This document shows, piece after piece, positions 6,342 through 14,372 of a stretch of 17,171 nucleotides of DNA. The notes under the pieces were generated by a model. It worked only from the letters and a program-made list of their open reading frames with translations, had not been told where the DNA came from and did not search any database. Position numbers and translations under genes: made by a program. Position 1 is the stretch's first letter, and each line of letters begins with the position of its first letter. Source of the stretch: a virus. The stretch spans positions 1-17,171 of the IMG/VR virus record IMGVR_UViG_3300012060_000014, one strand, 5' to 3'.

Positions 6342-6368
6342 ATAAAAAATCTAAGGAGGAAAAACAAA

Positions 6369-6662
6369 ATGACAGACCAAACAAAAATCAAGGTTATCGA
6401 ATTATCAATGGATTTAAACAACGTAATAAACGAATCAGTAAAGACAGTAAAGGGCGAATATTTTCAAGGATTATCAACACTTAATGTTACTACAAATCTA
6501 TTCAAAGATGATGCTATCTCGATTTATCAGTTAATAAGTGAATACGCTACAATGACAACTTTGCTCTGTGAGCTAGGATTCATCGATAAAGAGTTATATG
6601 AGACTCAATGGCAGTTGATGGAAGACATTAGACAAATAGCAATGCATGATTTATTCCAATAA
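6369..6662 (+). CDS. Hypothetical protein (97 aa, acidic, predicted helical)
   Basis: RBS AAGGAGG 8 nt upstream. It is the first ORF on the predicted 3' cleavage product of the hammerhead. Confidence 0.8.
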   Translation: MTDQTKIKVIELSMDLNNVINESVKTVKGEYFQGLSTLNVTTNLFKDDAISIYQLISEYATMTTLLCELGFIDKELYETQWQLMEDIRQIAMHDLFQ

Positions 6663-6714
6663 ATAAAATCACACGCTGACCTAACGGCAAATACGGGGAG
6701 AAAGAGGTATTATT

Positions 6715-6963
6715 ATGAGTGAAACAAAACTAAACACAAGCGGAATTGAGACAGTAAAAATTGAAAAAGTCGGTTACATCTACAAGCTTTGGGATAAGGT
6801 AAATGAAATCGTATTTGAAATGAAAACGATGGAACGGCGTTCATTCAGAACTGGAAACTACATTTTGCTGGATTCCAGAAAAGTAAAATTTCAAATTGCA
6901 GTCAGCGTTGACCTCAACGAAATGAAATTTTTGGAAGAAAAGGGAAGTGAGGTAATCGAATGA
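6715..6963 (+). CDS. Hypothetical protein (82 aa)
   Basis: RBS GAAAGAGG upstream of the ATG. The stop overlaps the next start (ATGA). Confidence 0.75.
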   Translation: MSETKLNTSGIETVKIEKVGYIYKLWDKVNEIVFEMKTMERRSFRTGNYILLDSRKVKFQIAVSVDLNEMKFLEEKGSEVIE

Positions 6964-7184
6964 TAAGCAGATACAAACTAAGAGTATTTTTGAGTAATAT
7001 ACCAGTTGGACAGAGATTTTATATTGACGCAATAAATTTAACAAGTCAAGCAATCGTTTATCTTAGGGGTTGTATAAAAGAAGGTTTTATAATGCCAGTG
7101 GATTTTGAAAATAGAGTTAAAATCAAGGAATCCGTAGAATCAGGTGATACAATCTTACCACAAGGATATTACAAAAAAATTTAA
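6960..7184 (+). CDS. Hypothetical protein (74 aa)
   Basis: RBS GTGAGG, coupled by ATGA to the upstream ORF. It ends at the terminator hairpin. Confidence 0.7.
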   Translation: MISRYKLRVFLSNIPVGQRFYIDAINLTSQAIVYLRGCIKEGFIMPVDFENRVKIKESVESGDTILPQGYYKKI

Positions 7185-7206
7185 AGGGGGTTACCCCCCT
7201 TTTTTA
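7183..7206. terminator. Bidirectional rho-independent terminator between the convergent arms
   Basis: The sequence is AAA-GGGGG-UUAC-CCCCC-UUUUUU. A 5-bp all-GC stem (7186-7190 / 7195-7199) has a T run downstream on the + strand. On the - strand it is followed by UUUAAAUUUUUUU. It sits exactly between stop codons at 7182-7184 (+) and 7207-7209 (-). Confidence 0.8.
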
Positions 7207-8610
7207 TTACAAAATTCTCAAAAATCTCCAATTAAGTCTCTTAATACTATTAATGTAAGAGTCTAAATTTTCCTCAACCGTTCCGTAAGCCGTTCCCTTG
7301 CAGTGGATGAACGTGTTATTTTCTGACACTATCCCGACATGTGCATCACGTGCTTGCGGTGCTACTTCGGTTAAAATTAAGTCACCGGCTTTCAACTTTG
7401 ATTTGTTGGAATTGATTTCAGAATAACCACCACTTCCAGACGCAATAAGATTACCAGCAGTTCTCAAATTTCCAGTCCATGAACATATTTCCCCACCACT
7501 ATTATACAATTTTTTTTCTGTTATCATATAATAAAGCGTAACAACAAATGACGAACAATCGGCATAACCATCGGAAAACGAAAAACGGTCGGTATCTAGT
7601 TCCTGACTATAAGATAATTTTCCAACGTATGACCTAGCAAGATCAATATAATTTTGAACTTTCGTTCCGTCCGTTGGAATTGGTGGGGGGTCAGTCGTGT
7701 TTGGATTGTCGGGGGTCGGGGTGGAATCCTCTCCTTTAATCGGTTTTGAATTATTGTTTGCAACGTCTTGTTTATTTGGAGTCCAAATTCTAACTCCTTC
7801 TTTAAATAATTGCACTATCTGTCTAGTTCCGTTTGAATCAACTCCAATCAAATGATACACATTCCCCCGCAATTGCATTGATGTGATTGTCAATGCAGAA
7901 CTTGTGTTATCCTCAACTATTTCCTCATTAGTATCAGGGTCAGGAAGAACAGTATTTACGTTTTGATCTTCGCTTGGATTTCCGTCCGTTGGAATTTCAT
8001 AATTACCTTTTTTTTGTCCAAAGTCGGGGGGTGGTGATGAACCATCCCATTTATTTAAAATATCATAAACCTTATTCCACCTTGAAACATATCCGCCAAA
8101 AGTTCCATCGTTAAGAAGTGCCTGTCTGTATTGTGCAATCGTGGTACCTCTACCACCCCCACACGCATTTACAATTCTAGCAACGGTTCCGATGCCACCC
8201 AACCAACCGCCGGTTTCCGCAAAAATTGCAGTTTTCGGATCAGTAAAATTATGTGATTTCAACACGGCTGATTCATCCGTAATATCTCTATTCCATAATT
8301 CCGTTTGCAGTTCGACACTTTTCGCACTTTGCAATATTTTTGACACGTTGTTTGCTTCATCTATCGTAAATGTTTTGCTAGTCCACCCACCTGATTCCAT
8401 TTGAGATTTCATAGGGTTAACCGTGAAAAGTGAAGGGTTATCATCGTAAAACAATTTCAAAAGTTTGTAACTCCTTGAATGACTCCACTGTAAAAGTCCT
8501 ATTCCAACTCTATCCCCTAATTCGATTTGCGCCCAATTATAATTTACAGATTCCACACTTGCAAGAACATATAAGCAGTATTCTTTCCAAACGCTGTCAT
8601 ACATAGCCAT
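7207..8610 (-). CDS. Tail-associated peptidoglycan hydrolase (phi29 gp13 analogue): lysozyme-like N-domain plus NlpC/P60-type C-domain
   Basis: The N-terminal SVES...GIGLLQWS matches the ES...GxGLxQW pattern of phi29 gp13 (QSES...GFGLVQWT, from memory). Two P/T/D/N-rich linkers each contain IPTDG. The C-terminal ADCSSFV...HVGIV is a Cys-His peptidase signature. It is the last gene of the late arm. Confidence 0.8.
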   Translation of the reverse strand: MAMYDSVWKEYCLYVLASVESVNYNWAQIELGDRVGIGLLQWSHSRSYKLLKLFYDDNPSLFTVNPMKSQMESGGWTSKTFTIDEANNVSKILQSAKSVELQTELWNRDITDESAVLKSHNFTDPKTAIFAETGGWLGGIGTVARIVNACGGGRGTTIAQYRQALLNDGTFGGYVSRWNKVYDILNKWDGSSPPPDFGQKKGNYEIPTDGNPSEDQNVNTVLPDPDTNEEIVEDNTSSALTITSMQLRGNVYHLIGVDSNGTRQIVQLFKEGVRIWTPNKQDVANNNSKPIKGEDSTPTPDNPNTTDPPPIPTDGTKVQNYIDLARSYVGKLSYSQELDTDRFSFSDGYADCSSFVVTLYYMITEKKLYNSGGEICSWTGNLRTAGNLIASGSGGYSEINSNKSKLKAGDLILTEVAPQARDAHVGIVSENNTFIHCKGTAYGTVEENLDSYINSIKRLNWRFLRIL

Positions 8611-8621
8611 CTAAATTTACC

Positions 8622-10358
8622 TCACTTTATCATATTTTTCGTCAAGTCCTGCCCACTGACAGGCTGATTCCACAATCTAATTCCATTCTCAATTCTCAAT
8701 TTGAATATATCAGAAATCTTACTGTCAACGTCTGACATTTTAAAGTTGTGTAATTTTGCTTTGAGATAGTTCGCCCGACTCATTGTATTCACCTTAATAC
8801 CATTTCTCAAAAACGGAATCGAAAAACCAAAATTGTTATGGTACTGTCTCACACTTTCAAAAATTTCAGGTGCTACTTTTCTGAATTTCATTGTGATACC
8901 AAAAATTTCTTCTTTCTGCTGAAAATTATTTGAATGTGTCTGATTAGTGATAGTCGGAGTCGTTAACTTTGAGTCCTGAATTTCAGCATTTTTCGTGCGG
9001 TAATATTCATATTCATCCGTAATTTTTTCACCTAACGCCATCGGAGAAAAGTTAGAAATAACGCTTATCGTATCAAAAAGCCGACTTTGGATATCATCAC
9101 CACTTACGATATTTTTCACACGATTTGAAATAAGTTTGCTTTCCGTCAACTCTCTCTGATATGCCGACTTTGCAAGACCTAGATTATAATTATCAATCAA
9201 TACTGGTACATCGTCAAAATTATCAATGATTATTGCGTTGTTCATAAAGTCGCCGACTCCGACATTACCGGATGCATTTTCATTAATCTGATTTAACTTG
9301 TCAGCATAAATCACAACCTGATTATGATATCCCACACAAACACGACATTTGATTACAAGTCCGTCTGTATTTTCAATGTCCTCTAATTTAATTGTGCATT
9401 TCTGCCCGTCCCAAGTCTGCATTTCAATATAACAATACGGATATCGCATCAAGTGCTTTTCCCTTGTCAGATCACAACCGAAAATATTTGCAAGTTCAGC
9501 CCACGTATAACATAATTCCTTAATATCGTAATTCTTTGAAACGGAATTATTTTGAAATTGATAGACAGTGTAACTTGAAAACGCCGTTAATTGCGTTAAA
9601 GGTGTATCCAAAATGAAGTTGGCTGGTATTTGTGTTACTTTTATGAAATTCTGTACAATCCATGAATATTGTTGTAAATCTTTTGTCATTTTTGCAAAAT
9701 CATCTTGACGCATGATGTACAAACTCACAGGGGATGTTATTTTATTAAAAGTTCCGCCAAATGCGGAGGGCATTAGTGGTGCATCCACCGTGCCAAATGA
9801 TGATTTTCCACCTGACAGATCAACGGCAGATTGAATTAACACATAATACCAGTTAGTTTCATTGTCAAATCTGTACAATTTCTGTAAAATTGAATAATCG
9901 TTTGACGCACTGAAAAGAATATCATCATTATGTGTTAAATAACGAATGTTGCTATTGTATTCTGCAAGTGACAAATGCTGTCTATCTATTTGAGTGTTAA
10001 ATGCGGTTGAAAAATGAAAATCACCGGTTGCAAAAGTGACAAATGGGTCAATTATAAAATTGACTTCCGTAACGCCGTCATTGACGTATTGTGTTGTTAT
10101 GATATTAAAATAATAGATTTCATTTGCATTGTAAAATTTGCCGTAAGTGCATTTGGAAATTTCCTGATAATCATACTGAACTTTAATACTCTGTCTATCT
10201 GTGATGAAATTGAAATTCTTTTCAAATTTTATCTTTTCCGTGTTGGTCATATTATTGAAAAAATTATCTCTCTCTATTGCGTTTTCAAAGAAAATTGAGT
10301 TGTTCAAATCTTTGATGAAAAAATCTTTGTAAAGTTCAAATTTATATAAGTGTCTCAT
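8622..10358 (-). CDS. Tail knob / distal tail tube protein (phi29 gp9-like)
   Basis: 578 aa (gp9 is about 600 aa). MRYPYCYIEMQTWDG matches gp9 MMYPYCVTEITDFKG. The C-terminal IENGIRLWN matches gp9 FDNGITLWH. FNIITTQYVNDGVTEVNFIIDPF matches gp9 FYAFVTELEFKNSAVTYVHFEID. All gp9 strings are from memory. Confidence 0.88.
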   Translation of the reverse strand: MRHLYKFELYKDFFIKDLNNSIFFENAIERDNFFNNMTNTEKIKFEKNFNFITDRQSIKVQYDYQEISKCTYGKFYNANEIYYFNIITTQYVNDGVTEVNFIIDPFVTFATGDFHFSTAFNTQIDRQHLSLAEYNSNIRYLTHNDDILFSASNDYSILQKLYRFDNETNWYYVLIQSAVDLSGGKSSFGTVDAPLMPSAFGGTFNKITSPVSLYIMRQDDFAKMTKDLQQYSWIVQNFIKVTQIPANFILDTPLTQLTAFSSYTVYQFQNNSVSKNYDIKELCYTWAELANIFGCDLTREKHLMRYPYCYIEMQTWDGQKCTIKLEDIENTDGLVIKCRVCVGYHNQVVIYADKLNQINENASGNVGVGDFMNNAIIIDNFDDVPVLIDNYNLGLAKSAYQRELTESKLISNRVKNIVSGDDIQSRLFDTISVISNFSPMALGEKITDEYEYYRTKNAEIQDSKLTTPTITNQTHSNNFQQKEEIFGITMKFRKVAPEIFESVRQYHNNFGFSIPFLRNGIKVNTMSRANYLKAKLHNFKMSDVDSKISDIFKLRIENGIRLWNQPVSGQDLTKNMIK

Positions 10359-10381
10359 AGTTTTTTTCCTTTCTAAAATAA

Positions 10382-10407
10382 TTCAAGGAGAAATTAATCT
10401 CCTTGAA
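10382..10407 (-). terminator. Intra-operon hairpin (possible attenuator or partial terminator) after the second fibre gene
   Basis: Perfect 10-bp stem TTCAAGGAGA / TCTCCTTGAA (10382-10391 / 10398-10407) with a 6-nt loop. On the - strand RNA it is followed by AUUAUUUUAG, a weak U tract. Confidence 0.4.
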
Positions 10408-10410
10408 AAA

Positions 10411-11538
10411 TTATCCCTCTATTTCACCATAGACAGGAAGGGAAGGAAGTTTTCCAACCTCTGTCTGGACAACATAAAAACGTTTTCCGATATCCGCTGT
10501 CTTTGGTCTGTATTGTGACAATAGAGGTATATAAAAATCACCATTTTCTGTAACTTTTGCTGTTAAACATCCAAAATAAGTGTAATCAGTTATACCGACC
10601 TTTTTAGTATTTTTAACGTTCGCCCATTCCAAAATTATTGAAATTTCTGAATTGAGTATAGCACCAACGCCTGCAATTTCTGAATCGCCAACGTCTAAAT
10701 TAAACGGAACGACTACTTCTGAACGTTCCATAGCCTGTGTGGTTCCGCCGGTTGCATCCCCACTTGATTTTACCTCACCGCCGTAAATCGCAAGTCCTTT
10801 CCCACTTATTTCATTTGGACCAGTTAGATTGAAATTGTCAGAGTAATGTGCATGTAAAATCTGTATTTTGTCTGGGTCTAATAGTGCAAGTCCGTCTATC
10901 AAATAATTTACGTTTTTATAGTGATACATTTTATTACCAATTGCACTAAAAAGGTGATTAACTGGGTTGTTAGTTGATTGTCTGTAAAATTCTAAATTTG
11001 GAAATATTGCGCCGTCACCTTTAATAACTATATCCACAGACATATTGTCACCCATGAATATTATATTAATGTGACTTGACCATTTATTTTCGGTAGGTTT
11101 TTCGATAAAAACAACTTTTGTATATTTTTCGATATATAACGGCGAATTTGGTGCACTACCCCAATCAATATATGTCATAGCGTTTTTATCATCGTAATTA
11201 CCGTATTCAACGCAATTCACAAAAACCCGTCCGGTATCCTCACAATAATAGAGCATGTTTAATGTTGGATTTAAAATTTTGTCATAATCATCTTGTGTAA
11301 GAATTCTATGTGTGTTTACATTGAGAGACGTACCAGCTTTTAATCCGTTTACAGTTTCAACTTTGTTATTGATTCGCTTTAAAAAGTTGTCAATTTTTAC
11401 AAATGCATCCCCTTTTTCGGATGTAAAAAGATCGAGTTCGTCTGACATTAAAGGGGTTATTACATCGTTTTTGATTTCAATAACACCCTTATTCGCAAGG
11501 GGAACATCTTGCGTTCCCCTGATTATTTTTTTAGACAT
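10411..11538 (-). CDS. Tail fibre / receptor-binding protein 2 (375 aa)
   Basis: It lies between the endolysin and the tail knob. HRILTQDDYDKILNPTLNMLYYCED resembles the LTxxEYdxL...nTLYfi motif common in Gram-positive phage fibre proteins. The C-terminal half looks beta-rich. Confidence 0.55.
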   Translation of the reverse strand: MSKKIIRGTQDVPLANKGVIEIKNDVITPLMSDELDLFTSEKGDAFVKIDNFLKRINNKVETVNGLKAGTSLNVNTHRILTQDDYDKILNPTLNMLYYCEDTGRVFVNCVEYGNYDDKNAMTYIDWGSAPNSPLYIEKYTKVVFIEKPTENKWSSHINIIFMGDNMSVDIVIKGDGAIFPNLEFYRQSTNNPVNHLFSAIGNKMYHYKNVNYLIDGLALLDPDKIQILHAHYSDNFNLTGPNEISGKGLAIYGGEVKSSGDATGGTTQAMERSEVVVPFNLDVGDSEIAGVGAILNSEISIILEWANVKNTKKVGITDYTYFGCLTAKVTENGDFYIPLLSQYRPKTADIGKRFYVVQTEVGKLPSLPVYGEIEG

Positions 11539-11549
11539 ATTTTTCTCCT

Positions 11550-12326
11550 TTATCTAAGAAATATCTTTTGTCCGACATAAATCAGATTCGGATTTTTGAT
11601 ATTGTTAATAGAAACAATGTCGGATAATGACAAGTTGTATTTCTTTGCGATGGCAGACAACGTGTCACCTTTCACAACTGTGTGAAAACAGGGGTTGTAT
11701 GCAATTATGTTTAACACCTGACCAACGTTGATTAGATTCGGTTTTGTGATATTGTTTATTGAGATTATCTCATCAAGTTTCATGCCGTATCTTTTTGCAA
11801 TACCTGACAGCGTATCACCTTTCACAACTGTGTAATTTGCATACGTTGCCGTGTCAGGGGTGACAGCCGTTTCTTCGGCAGTATATCTCAAAATGTTCGT
11901 CCACGGACGGTTATAATATGACCGGATGCAGATTTCTCCACCTGTCTGATCACCGGGGATTCCCCCAGTAACGGTTCCTTTTTCGTTGATTGAAGCATGA
12001 ACTAAACGCCCATCACCTAACGACATTCCGGTATGATGGGTTACATTCAACAATACATCACCGTAATTTAACCCTGTTCCGGTTGCAAGATTGATCTTAC
12101 TTGTCACGTCCGTGAAACCTAATTTTTTGAATACACTCAACATGTTTCCTGTGTACGATGCACCGTTAGTTTTAACCGGAACGCCTGCATTTTGCCATGC
12201 TGTTATTACCAGAGACGAACAATCATAATCACCTTTTTCACCCCAACGATAAATTTGATCATATCCGTGTGAATTGTCGTTTGCGATTTGTAGCATAAAA
12301 TCCATTGCTTTCGTTATTTTACTCAT
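11550..12326 (-). CDS. Endolysin: NlpC/P60-superfamily (Amidase_5-like) catalytic domain plus two LysM repeats
   Basis: The N-terminal [24 protein letters not shown] resembles the YSMD...SYDCSS start of the Dp-1 Pal-type domain, with HHTGM further on. Two C-terminal LysM units are [17 protein letters not shown]...INVGQVLNI and [17 protein letters not shown]...IYVGQKIFL. The start overlaps the holin stop by 8 nt. Confidence 0.9.
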   Translation of the reverse strand: MSKITKAMDFMLQIANDNSHGYDQIYRWGEKGDYDCSSLVITAWQNAGVPVKTNGASYTGNMLSVFKKLGFTDVTSKINLATGTGLNYGDVLLNVTHHTGMSLGDGRLVHASINEKGTVTGGIPGDQTGGEICIRSYYNRPWTNILRYTAEETAVTPDTATYANYTVVKGDTLSGIAKRYGMKLDEIISINNITKPNLINVGQVLNIIAYNPCFHTVVKGDTLSAIAKKYNLSLSDIVSINNIKNPNLIYVGQKIFLR

Positions 12327-12720
12327 TCTGTTCTCCTTTCTGTAGAAACAAATCTTTTAATTTTTGCGGAACGGTTACACCGGAAGCGATTACATTTTCA
12401 ATTATTGATAGTCCTTCAGTTAAAATTAATGCCGTTATTACAGTGTTTCTCAAAACTGGTATGTTCGACAAAATTCCGAACACGTTCGCAAGGATTACAA
12501 GAACTAGGATTAATATTTTTTTAAGAATCCCCTTGAAAGCTTTGTCAGAACAAATCTTTGTACCGCTTTTACCACCTGTGATTCCAGCGGCAATTAATCC
12601 GGTTACAAAATCGAGTGCCATGCATGTTAATAACACAGACAGTGGCATGTCATAGTTTCCAAAAAGATAGAAAAGTAAGGAACATAATACACCACCTATA
12701 GAGCTTATTGCTTGTTTCAT
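12319..12720 (-). CDS. Holin (Phage_holin_4-like, multi-TMD)
   Basis: 133 aa with several hydrophobic segments. The family-typical pattern is [11 protein letters not shown]...KGILKK...[18 protein letters not shown], followed by a charged C-terminus. It lies directly upstream of the endolysin and overlaps it. Confidence 0.88.
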   Translation of the reverse strand: MKQAISSIGGVLCSLLFYLFGNYDMPLSVLLTCMALDFVTGLIAAGITGGKSGTKICSDKAFKGILKKILILVLVILANVFGILSNIPVLRNTVITALILTEGLSIIENVIASGVTVPQKLKDLFLQKGEQNE

Positions 12721-12732
12721 TTGTTACCCCCT

Positions 12733-13716
12733 TTATTTGAAAAATGTTGCTGCAATTGATAGCCAGCATGACGATGTTAATGTGTCAACCGGATAGCTTT
12801 CCCGAAACGGTCTGCCGTATCCGTCAATGTATCCTCTAAGTGCTGTTACATAATAGATGCCTTGTTTTGCTAGACTTACGTTTGAATTCCAAGAAGCACG
12901 TAAGTCTAAAGGGTAGACCGTCCAACTTCCGCTTGACGTTGCGGTTGTGTGAATGAAATCCGTGGGATTATTCATCCATTCGTAATCATTTATGAATCTA
13001 ACGCCATAAATTCTGGATTGCGGAACGTCCGATATATCAGAACTTCCGTGCATATCAATGTTTTTTAAATATGGCTGTTGTATAATTGTTCCGGTTGATG
13101 CAGCACTGCCAATTCTCAACATTGCACCGTTGTAAGTTTTTGCTAGTTTTACCTCTAGGTCATTTGATTCTGTGTAAAAACCGTTAAAAAATACAATTTC
13201 ATAATCTTTATTTTTTACTAAACGCTCGTATCCACCGCCGTTAATTGTATCGAATAGATTGTAAATATTTGTAATGTCATTTTTAATTTTTGATATGTCA
13301 TTTTCTATTTCAGATACTCTCGGTAATAAATCATATACATATAACGCCTTGTCAGAACCTTTTACTAATGCGTTTAAAATATCAGTTGAAATGTTAACAT
13401 CATGATAGACGTTTATGATATCATCCCATTCCTGCCAGTCACCTTCAATGCGTGGGGTTGTGGTGTCTGTTTTGTTAAACTTGATATCACGGTCTAACAG
13501 TTTGTTTATCATTTGCATGATCTTTTTGATTAATGCGTTCCATCTTGCTAGGAAATCATAGTAAGAGGGGGCGTTTGTGTTATAATCTGCTGAATCGTTG
13601 TACCACGGCATGTAAAAACGTTTACTTTTGTTTCTTGGAACATTGTGATTGTGTGGATGGTCAGGGTTGAAACAATTGTCTTTATCCTCAAATCTGAATG
13701 GTTCTTTGTTTGCCAT
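12733..13716 (-). CDS. Tail fibre / appendage protein 1 (327 aa)
   Basis: It occupies the position equivalent to phi29 gp12, after the lower collar. The N-terminal NTNAPSYYDFLARWNALI motif is typical of Gram-positive phage fibre N-termini (from memory). It also has a heptad-like central segment (EIENDISKIKNDITNIYNLF) and a beta-rich C-domain. Confidence 0.6.
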   Translation of the reverse strand: MANKEPFRFEDKDNCFNPDHPHNHNVPRNKSKRFYMPWYNDSADYNTNAPSYYDFLARWNALIKKIMQMINKLLDRDIKFNKTDTTTPRIEGDWQEWDDIINVYHDVNISTDILNALVKGSDKALYVYDLLPRVSEIENDISKIKNDITNIYNLFDTINGGGYERLVKNKDYEIVFFNGFYTESNDLEVKLAKTYNGAMLRIGSAASTGTIIQQPYLKNIDMHGSSDISDVPQSRIYGVRFINDYEWMNNPTDFIHTTATSSGSWTVYPLDLRASWNSNVSLAKQGIYYVTALRGYIDGYGRPFRESYPVDTLTSSCWLSIAATFFK

Positions 13717-13730
13717 TTGTTCCCCTTTCT

Positions 13731-14372
13731 CTAAAATATTTGCAGAAATAGCCGTTCTTCCATTTCATTGAAAATTGTTCGGTATAATCCAAGAGTTGAA
13801 TAGATATCCTCAATTTTTAAGTTGCTTTTCTTGCTTGTTGAATTGTTTTTGTTGATGGATTGATTCAATGCGACTGTGTTTTCGTCTGCATAGTTGAGGT
13901 TGTTATTACTCACGTCAAGATTGATTTCATCTTGCGGAGTTGTTGTTGACGCTGTCCTATTTTGGTTGTCGATTTGGGTTTTTCCGTCCGTGGTATCTGT
14001 GTTTGAATTTGATATTATTGCTTCAAAATTATCATAGATAAATTCTATCGCTTGTTTCTTTTCATACATGAATGCAAGTAATTGCAATTTAAATAATTCG
14101 ATTGTTTGAAACTTGATTTCATGGTAGAAAAAATTGAATAGGAATGTTGTCTTGAAAAAATTATCTAAGTCCTCAAATTCAAAATAGAAATTTTCAAAGA
14201 TACATTTTTTCATTACTTTTAAAAATTCCTTGTCATTTACAGTATCCTGTTTTATTAGACGAGTTATGAAGGCATCACTTGTGAAGCGCCCATTTTTGAA
14301 AAACTCGTCATAACCGTTATTGATTAACTCGTTTCGTAAATAATCGTGTATGGAAGTTGTGTACTTTGCCAT
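13731..14372 (-). CDS. Lower collar / head-tail connector protein (phi29 gp11 position)
   Basis: 213-aa ORF immediately downstream of the portal gene, with its start at the portal stop. Assigned by synteny only. Confidence 0.55.
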   Translation of the reverse strand: MAKYTTSIHDYLRNELINNGYDEFFKNGRFTSDAFITRLIKQDTVNDKEFLKVMKKCIFENFYFEFEDLDNFFKTTFLFNFFYHEIKFQTIELFKLQLLAFMYEKKQAIEFIYDNFEAIISNSNTDTTDGKTQIDNQNRTASTTTPQDEINLDVSNNNLNYADENTVALNQSINKNNSTSKKSNLKIEDIYSTLGLYRTIFNEMEERLFLQIF

